Assembly (NCBI GenBank): GCA_047601445.1
Contig: JASGJH010000001.1
Span: forward strand, 4,736,001 to 4,800,000
DNA: 64,000 nt
Origin: Myxococcales bacterium
Lineage (GTDB): Bacteria > Myxococcota_A > Polyangia > Polyangiales > DASUME01
Direction of reading: 5' to 3'
Shown here piece by piece: positions 39,836 to 48,987 of this stretch. Each line of letters starts with the position of its first letter. Position 1 is the stretch's first letter. The position numbers and the translations under genes were made by a program. A model generated the notes under the pieces. That model did no database searches. It saw nothing but the letters and a program-made list of their open reading frames with translations, and was not told the origin of the DNA.

Positions 39836-41023
39836 ATGCAGTATCGGGCGCGCGCTTTGACCCGCGCGGTGTCGTTCTTGGGCCTCTTGCTGGCCCTCAC
39901 TGGTTGCACCCGGGTGCCCGAGCTGAGCGGCATGGGCACCCTGCTCTCGGCGCGCGATGCGGCCCACGGGCCCCTGGCCAGCACCACCGCGGAGGCTTTG
40001 ACCCTCGACCAACTCCAGCTCAAGGGGTCCCACAACAGCTATCACCAGGCGCCGCGCATGGCCCTGGCCAAGGGCTGGCGGTACAGCCACCTCCCGCTGC
40101 GCAAGCAGCTCGAGACCCAGGGCGTGCGCCAAATCGAGCTCGACGTTCGCTACAGCGGCGGCCAGGTCGTGGTCGGCCATCTGCCCATCGTCGACGGCCG
40201 CAGCAGCTGCCGTACCCTGGCCGCGTGCCTGCAGCAGGTGAAGGCCTGGTCCGACGAGAATCCCTCGCACCTGCCGCTGTTCGTGTTCCTGGAGCCCAAG
40301 GAGCACATCACGCCCTCGAACCTGGACGGGCGTCTCGAGGTGCTCGACCAGACCATCGCCAAGGTCTTCCCGCGCTCGTCGCTGCTCACGCCGCGCGACG
40401 TGGCGGGGGAGGAGCGCACGCTCAAGGAGGCCGTGCAGGCGCACGGCTGGCCGAGTCTCGAGTCGACCCGAGGCAAGGTGGTGTTCGTGCTGTTCGGCCG
40501 CAAGAACCACACGCGCGCCTACGGCGAGGGTCGGCCGCGCCTCGAAGGGCGGCTGATGTTCGCGGCGGGCAGGCCGCAGGACCCCTATGCGGTGTTCGCT
40601 TCGTGTGACGATCCGGTGGCAGAGAAGGCCGAGATCGCGGCCGCGCTCGACCAGGGCATGCTGGTGCGAACGCGCGCCGACAGCGATTTGCGCCGTGACC
40701 GCAACCGCCGCGACGCGGCGTTGGCCAGCGGCGCCCACTTTATCGGCAGCGATTTCGTCGATCCCAAGAGCAACTGGCTCGCACTGGGAGAGCGTGCCCC
40801 GGCACGTTGTAACCCGCTTTCGGGCGCGGCCTGCGTGAGCGCAGCGCTGACGGAGACCCCCGAAGACGTGGTCGCGCTCGGCGCGAATCCTGCGTTGCCC
40901 GCAGCGAGCGCGTCCCCTGCCGTGGGAACGAGCGCATCTGGTTCCCTCGTCGAAGAGCGCGCGCTCTTGCCGCTGCCGGCCAATGCCAGCGCCACCGGCA
41001 AGGCCCCCATCGGCGTTCCGTGA
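39836..41023 (+). CDS. Phosphoinositide-specific phospholipase C-like lipoprotein
   Basis: LTGC lipobox, GSHNSYH, GVRQIELDV, WSDENPSHLP, LVRTRAD, SGAHFIGSD; AGGAGG RBS. Confidence 0.85.
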   Translation: MQYRARALTRAVSFLGLLLALTGCTRVPELSGMGTLLSARDAAHGPLASTTAEALTLDQLQLKGSHNSYHQAPRMALAKGWRYSHLPLRKQLETQGVRQIELDVRYSGGQVVVGHLPIVDGRSSCRTLAACLQQVKAWSDENPSHLPLFVFLEPKEHITPSNLDGRLEVLDQTIAKVFPRSSLLTPRDVAGEERTLKEAVQAHGWPSLESTRGKVVFVLFGRKNHTRAYGEGRPRLEGRLMFAAGRPQDPYAVFASCDDPVAEKAEIAAALDQGMLVRTRADSDLRRDRNRRDAALASGAHFIGSDFVDPKSNWLALGERAPARCNPLSGAACVSAALTETPEDVVALGANPALPAASASPAVGTSASGSLVEERALLPLPANASATGKAPIGVP

Positions 41024-41310
41024 TCGACGGTCTTGCGCGCGCTGGGCACTCCGCCTTGCACGCGCTGGACACGTGACGCGCTGATCGAGGACGCGCTGGC
41101 ACGGAACACTGCCGCCCCAAGTTTTGGGTATGCAGCGACCCGTCGCAGCGCGGCCGATTGAAACGCCTGCGCGAAGGTGGCAAGAGTGGTTGCTGCTGGC
41201 CACCGCGTACGCGCCGCGCGTCACGCGCACGCGGGTCTGGCGTGGCGAGCCCGAGGGCGATTGCTCGCGGGCCGACCCGCCCGCTTCGACGCTCCGGGAG
41301 AGGTGATCCA

Positions 41311-42456
41311 ATGCGTTTGGGGGAACCAATCGATCCGCGCCTGCCGTGGGTGCGGCGTCTGCACAACCTCGATTCGGCCTGGAACCACGGCGTGAGTGGC
41401 CCGCGCCTCAGCGCGCTCGAGCAGGCGGGCCTGCGTCTGGGCGATGCCTTGCGCGCGGGCCCCTCCGTGGTCGCCGTACGGACGCTGCCTCTGAGCACGC
41501 TGCTCTACCCGACCAAATACGCTTTCCAGGGCGCCTGCCGTTTGCCGGTACCTTACGTCGTGATGACCCACCGCGCGCTGCTGGTACAGGTGCGTGTCGA
41601 CGGCGAGATCCGCAACATCCTGTTCAATCCCACGTCGGTGGATGCAGCCCTGGCGGCCCCCTTCTTCCGGCAACTCGCGGATCGCACGGGCGACTGGGCG
41701 GTGAAGAACATCCTCACCAAGCGCTTCGGGAGCGTGGAGGAGCAACTGGCGCGGCTCGGCTTGTCGCCGGCCGACATCGATGTGATCGCCTTCGATCATT
41801 TCCACGTGCAAGACCTGCGGCCGCTGCTCGGTGCGCGGCATACCGACGAGCAAGCCGGGCAAGTGGGGCTCTATCCCCGCGCGCTGCTGTTGGCTCCGCG
41901 CTGCGAGTGGAACGACTGGGATCAGCTCCACCCGTTGCAGCAGGCCTGGTTCGTGCGCGACGGAAAGCTCGGCGTACCCTCCGAGCGCGTGGTGCTCACC
42001 GACGGGGATCTCTCGCTGGGTCCGGGCGCCCTCCTGCTGCGCACGCCGGGGCACACCAGCGGCAACCAAACCCTGGTCGTGCGTAGCGATGGCGGGGTCT
42101 TCGGCTGCAGCGAGAACGGCGTCTCGGTGGACAACTGGGCCCCCCTCGAGTCCAAGATCCCGGGCCTGCGCGAGGTCGCCTTGCTGCAGGGGCTCGACGT
42201 GATCCTCAACTCGAACACACCCGAGTCGGGCATGCAGCAGTACACGTCGATGATGCTGGAGCGCGCCCTGGTGGACCGGCTCCCCGAGCACCCCGCGCTG
42301 TTCCAGATGTTTCCCTCGAGCGAGCTGACGAGCTCCTGGTTCGCCCCCGGCGTTCACCCTGCGCGCAGCCTGCTGGAGCGCGTGGGCGGACAGGTCGTGT
42401 TCTCGCCGCCCAGGCGCGCGCCGCTGGAACATGCGCCGGCCCTGGCGGAGGACTAG
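41311..42456 (+). CDS. Metallo-beta-lactamase-fold hydrolase
   Basis: LARLGLSPADIDVIAFDHFHVQD, TPGHTSG. Confidence 0.7.
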   Translation: MRLGEPIDPRLPWVRRLHNLDSAWNHGVSGPRLSALEQAGLRLGDALRAGPSVVAVRTLPLSTLLYPTKYAFQGACRLPVPYVVMTHRALLVQVRVDGEIRNILFNPTSVDAALAAPFFRQLADRTGDWAVKNILTKRFGSVEEQLARLGLSPADIDVIAFDHFHVQDLRPLLGARHTDEQAGQVGLYPRALLLAPRCEWNDWDQLHPLQQAWFVRDGKLGVPSERVVLTDGDLSLGPGALLLRTPGHTSGNQTLVVRSDGGVFGCSENGVSVDNWAPLESKIPGLREVALLQGLDVILNSNTPESGMQQYTSMMLERALVDRLPEHPALFQMFPSSELTSSWFAPGVHPARSLLERVGGQVVFSPPRRAPLEHAPALAED

Positions 42457-42468
42457 CATCGAGGCCCG

Positions 42469-43062
42469 ATGGGCACCTCGAGCGCTTCGTTGATCCTGGC
42501 CTCCACCTCGCGCTACCGACACGAGCTCCTGGGGCGGCTCGGGCTGCCTTTCCGCGCCTGCGCCCCCGACTGCGACGAGGATTCGTTCAAGGGCCGTGGC
42601 CATGCGCCGCAACAACTGGCGGAGCTACTCGCGCGAAAGAAGGCCGAGAGCGTCGCGCGCCTGGAGCCAGACAGTTTCGTGATCGGCTCGGATCAGGTGG
42701 TGGACCTGGACGGCGAGATCCTGGGCAAGCCCGGCAGCGTGGCCGCGGCGGAGCGCCAGCTGGCGCGCCTTCAGGGACGCGAACACCGACTCATCACGGC
42801 GGTCGCCCTGTGCGGACCGGGCCCACGCGTGGCCTTCCACACGGACATCACGCGGCTGCGCATGCGCGACCTCGGGGACGAGTCGATCCGCCGCTACGTG
42901 GCCCACGATCAGCCCCTGGACTGCGCCGGAAGCTACAAGATCGAGTCGCTGGGGATCGCCCTCTTCGAACACATCGAGTGCGCCGACTACAACGCCATCG
43001 CCGGGCTCCCGCTGCTGGCCCTGGCAGGTCTGTTGCGCGCCGCCGGCTTCAGCGTGCCATAG
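42469..43062 (+). CDS. maf: Maf family nucleoside triphosphate pyrophosphatase
   Basis: LILASTSRYR, KA, IGSDQ, ILGKP, CAGSYKIE, GLP. Confidence 0.93.
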   Translation: MGTSSASLILASTSRYRHELLGRLGLPFRACAPDCDEDSFKGRGHAPQQLAELLARKKAESVARLEPDSFVIGSDQVVDLDGEILGKPGSVAAAERQLARLQGREHRLITAVALCGPGPRVAFHTDITRLRMRDLGDESIRRYVAHDQPLDCAGSYKIESLGIALFEHIECADYNAIAGLPLLALAGLLRAAGFSVP

Positions 43063-43072
43063 GGGGGTGTCC

Positions 43073-43513
43073 CTAGAAGCTGCCGCGCAGGCTCACGAAT
43101 GCTCCGCGGCGATCATTGGTGAGACGCAGGTCGGGGCGCAGCACCACGGCCCGCGGGCCATGGTCGAAGTGAAAGCCCGGCGGCTCGGGCAGCCGGGTCG
43201 GCATCACGAAGCGCGCCGCCAGGGCGGGCGGCGTGACCAGCAAGGCGGGCTGCGGGTCGGTGTGCACGAGCCGGACGCGGGGCAGGCGCCTAGTCTCGGG
43301 TGTCAGCTCGACGCCCACGCGGGGCGCGCTGCGAACCACCAAGCCGGCCAGGCCGCTGCCCACCAGGGTCGTCGCGATGACCATGGGTGCCGCCGGCCAG
43401 AACGCCAGCGCCGAGAGCCCCGCCTCGGCCCGGGCCGGCGCGGAGGCCAACAGGCCCAGCAGGCAGACTCCCCACACACTCGCTGCCCGCGTCCGGTTGC
43501 CCCAACTGCCCAT
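43073..43513 (-). CDS. Hypothetical exported protein
   Basis: Signal-peptide-like N-terminus (PARAE); C-terminal FVSLRGSF. Confidence 0.45.
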   Translation of the reverse strand: MGSWGNRTRAASVWGVCLLGLLASAPARAEAGLSALAFWPAAPMVIATTLVGSGLAGLVVRSAPRVGVELTPETRRLPRVRLVHTDPQPALLVTPPALAARFVMPTRLPEPPGFHFDHGPRAVVLRPDLRLTNDRRGAFVSLRGSF

Positions 43514-43756
43514 TTTTCGCGCCCCCGCTCGCCTCCCCGCCGAGGCGTTCGGGACAGTTCGTCTTCACCTTTCGGGCCAACTTGTGCGTTTTTTGCTTTG
43601 TCGCGCGATTACATCCCCTTACAAACCGCGGTTTGCTCGGCAAAACGGGCCCTCTCGCAACGGTGTGGCGCGCTTGCGCCGCACCCCAAAACGCTTCCGC
43701 ACCGGGCGCGCGGGCCGAGCCAGTCAGGGTTTGGGACTCTGCTATAACGCGAGCGC

Positions 43757-45496
43757 ATGTCCGAAGAGCGAGTCCAGCCGAGCGGGGCTGAAGAGAACGC
43801 CCCCAACTTCATCAGCGACATGGTCCGTGAGGACCTCGCGAAGAACAAACACCCTGGTAGGCTCAACACGCGCTTCCCGCCCGAACCCAACGGGTACCTC
43901 CACATCGGCCACGCCAAGTCGATCACGTTGAACTTCGGCACCGCCGAGCTGGCGCCGTTCGGGAAGTGCAACCTGCGTTTCGACGACACCAACCCCACCA
44001 AAGAAGAGACCGAGTTCGTGGAGTCCATCCAGAACGACGTTCGTTGGCTGGGCTACGACTGGCAGGACCGGCTGTACTTCGCCTCGGACTACTTCGAGCG
44101 CCTCTACGAGTGCGCAGTGGACCTGATCCGGCGTGGACTCGCCTACGTGGACAGCCAGAGCCTGGAAGAAATCCGCAAGAACCGCGGCGACTTCTACACC
44201 CCGGGCACGCCGAGCCCCTTCCGCGAGCGCAGCGCCGAGGAGAACCTCGACCTGCTGGCGCGCATGCGCAAGGGCGACTTCGAGGAGGGCGTGCATGTGC
44301 TGCGCGCCAAGATCGACATGGCGTCCGCAGACCTCAACCTGCGTGATCCGCTGCTCTACCGCATCAAGCACGCGCACCACCACCGCACGGGCGATGCCTG
44401 GTGCATCTATCCGATGTACGACTACGCGCATCCGCTTTCCGATGCCTTCGAGGGCATCACGCACTCGTTGTGCACGCTGGAGTTCGCGCACCATCGGCCG
44501 CTCTACGACTGGCTGGTGGCTCAGTTCTCCTTCGATCCGGTGCCCGAGCAGACCGAGTTCGCCAAGCTCGCCCTCACGTACACGGTGCTGAGCAAACGCC
44601 GCCTGCAGGCTTTGGTGGTGGGTGGACAGGTAAACGGCTGGAACGATCCGCGCATGCCGACCCTGGCAGGACTGCGCCGCCGTGGCTTCACGCCGGCAGC
44701 GCTGCGCCGCTTCTGCGAGCGCATCGGCGTGTCGCGCCGCGACAGCGTGGTGGACGTGAGCTTGCTCGAGCACGCGGTGCGCGAGGACCTCAACGCCACG
44801 AGCCCGCGGGTGCTGGCCGTGCTGCGTCCGCTCAAGATCACGCTCACGAACTTCCCCGAGCACGAGACCATCGAGCTCGACGCCCAGTACAACAGCGAGA
44901 ACCCGAGTTGGGGCAGCCGCAAGGTCCCGCTCACACGCGAGCTCTACATCGAGCGCGACGACTTCCTCGAAACGCCCGTCAAGGGCTGGTTCCGGCTCTC
45001 ACCCGGCGCGGAGGTGCGACTGCGCTACGCCTGCATCATCACGTGCAACGAGGTGGTGAAGAACGAGGCCGGGGAGATCGTGGAGCTCAAGTGCACCTGG
45101 GACCCCGATTCGCTGGGTGGGCAACCCAAGGACGGCCGCAAGATCAAGGGCACCATCCACTGGGTCAGCGAGAAGCACGCGTTGACCGCCGAGGTGCGCC
45201 TGTACGACCGGCTGTTCACCGCCGAGAACCCGCTCGACGAGGCACACTACGCCAACGACACCAGCAAGCACGAGCATCCCTGGATGCGGTTCCTGAATCC
45301 GAACTCGCTCGAAGTGGTGCGGGGCGCCAAGCTCGAGCCCAGTCTGGCCAAGTCCGAGCCGCTCAGCCGCGTGCAGTTCGAGCGACTCGGCTACTTCTGC
45401 GCGGACGAAATCGACAGCAAGCCCGGCGCGCTCGTGTTCAACCGGACCATCTCGCTCAAGGACGGCTGGGCCAAAGCCCAGGGTAAGGGCAAGTAG
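43757..45496 (+). CDS. glnS: Glutamine--tRNA ligase
   Basis: TRFPPEPNGYLHIGHAKS, RFDDTNP, YPMYDYAH, VLSKR, GTIHWVS, QFERLGYF. Confidence 0.97.
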   Translation: MSEERVQPSGAEENAPNFISDMVREDLAKNKHPGRLNTRFPPEPNGYLHIGHAKSITLNFGTAELAPFGKCNLRFDDTNPTKEETEFVESIQNDVRWLGYDWQDRLYFASDYFERLYECAVDLIRRGLAYVDSQSLEEIRKNRGDFYTPGTPSPFRERSAEENLDLLARMRKGDFEEGVHVLRAKIDMASADLNLRDPLLYRIKHAHHHRTGDAWCIYPMYDYAHPLSDAFEGITHSLCTLEFAHHRPLYDWLVAQFSFDPVPEQTEFAKLALTYTVLSKRRLQALVVGGQVNGWNDPRMPTLAGLRRRGFTPAALRRFCERIGVSRRDSVVDVSLLEHAVREDLNATSPRVLAVLRPLKITLTNFPEHETIELDAQYNSENPSWGSRKVPLTRELYIERDDFLETPVKGWFRLSPGAEVRLRYACIITCNEVVKNEAGEIVELKCTWDPDSLGGQPKDGRKIKGTIHWVSEKHALTAEVRLYDRLFTAENPLDEAHYANDTSKHEHPWMRFLNPNSLEVVRGAKLEPSLAKSEPLSRVQFERLGYFCADEIDSKPGALVFNRTISLKDGWAKAQGKGK

Positions 45497-45627
45497 CTCC
45501 GACCCGCTCGCGCGTTCCTGCGCGAGCGCGCGCTCCATCGCGCGCTTCCATCGCTTGGCATGAAAAGACGGCGCTCACGCGGTTGAAAGCCGCGCCGGTC
45601 CGCGGCAGGAACGATCAGGGGGTGCAA

Positions 45628-46524
45628 ATGCTCTCGGCTCGTTCATGCATCGATGGAAAGCGCTTGCTCGCATGGAGTGGCGCAGGCTTGCTCGCGCTGG
45701 GCTCGATCTCGGTGGCGGGCACGGGCCTGGCGGAACCGACTCCCGCCGACAGTGCCAAGGCGAAGTCGACTCAGCGCACGGACGCCAGGCGCGATCCCAG
45801 GGCGATGACGGCCCTACAGCGCATGAAGGACTACCTGCGCAGGTTGCCGGCGTTCAGCGTGCGCGCGGAGATCTCGCGCGACGAGGTGGTGCAGGACGAC
45901 TTCAAGCTCGAGCGCAGCATGCATCTGTTCGCCACGGCGCAGCGCCCGGATTGCATGCGCGTGGAGTCGAGCGGCGACGACGGCGAGCGGCTCATCGTCT
46001 ACGACGGAAAGGCCCTCAACGTGTACGCCAAGTCGGAGAACTACTTCGGCTCGATGGAGGCGCCCGCCACGCTGAAGGAGACGCTGGAGATCGCGGTGGG
46101 GCAGCGCGACGTGGAAGTCCCGCTGCTGGATGTGTTCTACGTGGCGATGGGCGGCGAGCTCGGCGAACCCATCGACGCCGCTGGCTTCATCGGCACGTCG
46201 TTGGTGGATGGCACGCCCTGTGATCACGTGGCCTTTCGCGGCGACAAGGTCGACTGGCAGCTGTGGATCGAGCAGGGCAAGCGGCCGGTCCCGCACAAGT
46301 TGGTGGTGACGACCCGCGACCAGACGAGCCACCCGCAATACCGCGCGGTAATCGGCTGGGACGTGGCGCCACGCATCGAGAACGGCATGTTCACCTTCGC
46401 GCCTCCTCAGGGCGCGCTGCCGATGAGCATCGGGCTCGGCCAGCCTGCGCTGCTGAATGCCGTCACGGGCGCCAAGAAGCCCAAAGCGCAACCGCCCACG
46501 AACAGCGAAAAGCAGACGCCGTAG
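45628..46524 (+). CDS. DUF2092 family periplasmic protein (LolA-like)
   Basis: Signal peptide; RPD..R, YDGK, CDHVAF..VDWQLWI..G..P.P, FTFAPP. Confidence 0.82.
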   Translation: MLSARSCIDGKRLLAWSGAGLLALGSISVAGTGLAEPTPADSAKAKSTQRTDARRDPRAMTALQRMKDYLRRLPAFSVRAEISRDEVVQDDFKLERSMHLFATAQRPDCMRVESSGDDGERLIVYDGKALNVYAKSENYFGSMEAPATLKETLEIAVGQRDVEVPLLDVFYVAMGGELGEPIDAAGFIGTSLVDGTPCDHVAFRGDKVDWQLWIEQGKRPVPHKLVVTTRDQTSHPQYRAVIGWDVAPRIENGMFTFAPPQGALPMSIGLGQPALLNAVTGAKKPKAQPPTNSEKQTP

Positions 46525-46538
46525 GAAGGAGCTCCAAC

Positions 46539-47081
46539 GTGCCGAAACTCGAGAAATTCGAAGCGCGCCCTCGGGCGTGCGAGCGCAGAATCGACTCACG
46601 CTGGGCCTGGCTCGCCTTCGCGTTCGCGCTCGTCGTCTGCTGCCTGAGCACGCCGCTCGAGGCGCAACGCCGCGGCGGCGGTGGTGGGCGCAGCTTCGCA
46701 CGCAGCAGCGTCTCTCAACCGCGCGGCGGCGGCTACCAGGGCAATCGCGGGGGCGGCCGCGACTTCAATGACAACCGCAGCTTCAACGACAACCGCAACT
46801 ACAACCAGAACGTCAACGTCAACCGCAACGTCAATGTGCACAACGACGTGAACGTCTACCACCATGGCTACTATTACGACGGCTGGGGACATCCCGTGGC
46901 CGCCGCGGCGGCCGTCACCGCGACCGCCATCGCCGTGGGCACCATCGTGGCGTCGTTGCCCCCCCAGTGCTCGACCATGGTGATGGGCAACGTGACCTAT
47001 CAAAACTGCGGCGGAACCTACTATCAGCCGGTCTACCAGGGCACCACGGTGCAGTACGTGGTGGTGAACCCGCCGCAGTGA
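46539..47081 (+). CDS. Exported low-complexity Gly/Asn-rich protein, probable DUF2092 partner
   Basis: AAGGAG RBS plus GTG; signal peptide; NVNVNRNVNV tract; SLPPQC..YQNCGGTYYQP. Confidence 0.75.
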   Translation: MPKLEKFEARPRACERRIDSRWAWLAFAFALVVCCLSTPLEAQRRGGGGGRSFARSSVSQPRGGGYQGNRGGGRDFNDNRSFNDNRNYNQNVNVNRNVNVHNDVNVYHHGYYYDGWGHPVAAAAAVTATAIAVGTIVASLPPQCSTMVMGNVTYQNCGGTYYQPVYQGTTVQYVVVNPPQ

Positions 47082-47128
47082 GCCGCTGAGCCGCGCTGGG
47101 CTCCCGGTCGTGCCATAGTCGCGACGCG

Positions 47129-47887
47129 ATGATCGAAAGCAGGTACCCGCCCGACCTCTTCGCCTTGATCCATCGAGGCACGGCGGGCGACATGGAGTTC
47201 TACCGCGAGGTCTGTCAGAGCACGGACTCGGTGCTCGAGCTCGGCTGCGGCTATGGGCGCTTGATCCCGGAGCTGGTGGCCACCGGCACGCACTACTTCG
47301 GGCTCGAGTTGTCGCCCGAGCTGCTGCGCCTGGCCCGCCGCGTGCGCGCCAAGCTTCCCGAGCGCAAGCGTGGGCGGGTGTCGTTGCGCGCGGGCGACAT
47401 GCGGGACTTCCAGTTCAAGCGTCGCTTCGATCGCATCCTGTTGCCCCACTCCACGTTGTATTGCTTGCCCGACGACCGCAGCGTGCTCGCCTGTCTGCGC
47501 TGCGCGAAGGCCCATCTGAGCGAAGGCGGCCAGCTAGTGCTGGACGCTTACTGCGCCGACGACTTCCACTATCGGCTCGATCCCAAGGAGCTCACCGGCA
47601 AGCAACGTGAGTATCTGACCCGGGTGGAGAGCCGCCTTGGCAGCTACTTGGTGTTCGAGCGCACGCGCTGGATCAGAAGCAAGCAGCGCTTCGTGGTCAC
47701 CTACGAGCACGAGAGCGAGCGCGGCAAGCTCCTGCAGGGCACGGTGGAGCATCGCTACCTCCTGCGTGGCCAGCTGGAGAGGCTGCTCGAGCGCGCCGGC
47801 TTCGAGCACAGCAAATGGGCAGGCAATTTCCGGGGTGGGCGGCTCAAGACCCGCAGCGAACAGCTGGTGGTGCAGGCCTGGGGCTGA
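47129..47887 (+). CDS. Class I SAM-dependent methyltransferase
   Basis: VLELGCGYGR, GDMRDF, HLSEGGQLVLD. Confidence 0.9.
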   Translation: MIESRYPPDLFALIHRGTAGDMEFYREVCQSTDSVLELGCGYGRLIPELVATGTHYFGLELSPELLRLARRVRAKLPERKRGRVSLRAGDMRDFQFKRRFDRILLPHSTLYCLPDDRSVLACLRCAKAHLSEGGQLVLDAYCADDFHYRLDPKELTGKQREYLTRVESRLGSYLVFERTRWIRSKQRFVVTYEHESERGKLLQGTVEHRYLLRGQLERLLERAGFEHSKWAGNFRGGRLKTRSEQLVVQAWG

Positions 47888-47895
47888 CAAACACG

Positions 47896-47925
47896 TTGAC
47901 ACCAACCACTGTCACAGTTATTGAT
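47896..47925 (+). promoter_or_regulatory. Putative sigma70 -35 overlapped by a TGACA-N8-TGTCA operator-like palindrome
   Basis: TTGACA at 47896-47901; TGTCA at 47910-47914; AT-rich patch upstream of the 2TM gene. Confidence 0.4.
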
Positions 47926-47969
47926 GTCCTATTGTCGACCCGCGCAGCGGGCAGTACCCGAGGCAGCTT

Positions 47970-48266
47970 ATGAACCAGAGCGACCGAGCCCAGATCGAGC
48001 GTGAAGTCCGCCAGCAGATCGTGCGCCGGATGCGCATCAAACTGGGATTTTCCTGGCATGCGGCCGTGTTCGCCGTGGCCAACGCAGCCATGATCGCCAT
48101 CAACGTGCGCTTTACTCCCAACACGCTCTGGTGCGTGTGGCCCCTCGGGGCCTGGGGCGTGGGCCTGCTGTTTCACGCCTTTGCGGCCTTCGGCGGCGGC
48201 TCCCTGAGCGAGGCCGAGATCCAGGCCCAGGTGCAGGCCGAGCTCGCGCGGCGCGGCTTGAGCTGA
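47970..48266 (+). CDS. 2TM domain protein
   Basis: FSWHAAVFAVAN..IN..WCVWPLGAWGVGLLFH. Confidence 0.82.
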   Translation: MNQSDRAQIEREVRQQIVRRMRIKLGFSWHAAVFAVANAAMIAINVRFTPNTLWCVWPLGAWGVGLLFHAFAAFGGGSLSEAEIQAQVQAELARRGLS

Positions 48267-48311
48267 GGCGGGCACCCTTTCGGGCGCAGGCCGTGGTAGG
48301 ACCCGGGTCGA

Positions 48312-48977
48312 GTGACGAGACCACGCGACGTCCTTGAGCTCTCCCAGCGCGCCGCCGCGCTCGCGGGCCGCACGCTCGGCGAGGTGGCAGCGGAGTTCGC
48401 AGCGCAGCAGGGCACGGGTTCGCTCCTGCACCGCAAGGGCAAGCTCGGGCAGCTGGTCGAGCGCGTGCTCGGTGCGAGCGCGGGCTCACGGGCCGAACCG
48501 GACTTCCCCGAGCTCGGGGTGGAGCTCAAGACCATTCCGCTCGACGACGCTGGACGTCCACGCGAGTCCACTTTCGTGGCGTCCTTCTCCCTGGCGGACG
48601 CCGACACGGCGACCTGGGAGAGCTCCTCCGTCCGTCACAAGCTCGCGCACGTGCTGTGGATCCCCGTGATCACCAGCGGCTCCGAGCAGCGCTTCGGGAG
48701 GCCGCTGTTCTGGCGGCCCACGCGCGAGCAGGAGCAGGTGCTGCGCGCGGACTTCGACGACATCATGGGCACGGTCGCCATCGGCAACGTCGAAGGGCTC
48801 ACGGCCCACGTGGGGCGCTGGCTTCAGGCCCGCCCCAAAGCGGCCCACGGGCGCGTGCGCACCCTGGCCTACGACGAGGATGGCCCCCAGCTGGCCTTGC
48901 CGCGCGGCTTTTACCTGCGCGCGCGCGTGACCTGCGAGCTCCTGCGCGACCCATGCACGCTCGCCTTCTCGGAGTGA
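48312..48977 (+). CDS. mutH: MutH/Sau3AI family endonuclease
   Basis: KGKLGQLVERVLGASAGS, PDFPELGVELKTIP, ESTFV, VLWIPV, LQARPKAA, PRGFYLR. Confidence 0.85.
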   Translation: MTRPRDVLELSQRAAALAGRTLGEVAAEFAAQQGTGSLLHRKGKLGQLVERVLGASAGSRAEPDFPELGVELKTIPLDDAGRPRESTFVASFSLADADTATWESSSVRHKLAHVLWIPVITSGSEQRFGRPLFWRPTREQEQVLRADFDDIMGTVAIGNVEGLTAHVGRWLQARPKAAHGRVRTLAYDEDGPQLALPRGFYLRARVTCELLRDPCTLAFSE

Positions 48978-48987
48978 GCGCTGGACC

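Noticed and set aside
47129..48977. Methyltransferase plus nuclease as a restriction-modification system
   Set aside because: The methyltransferase lacks DNA-MTase catalytic motifs and looks like a small-molecule class I enzyme; the nuclease is single-domain and MutH-like
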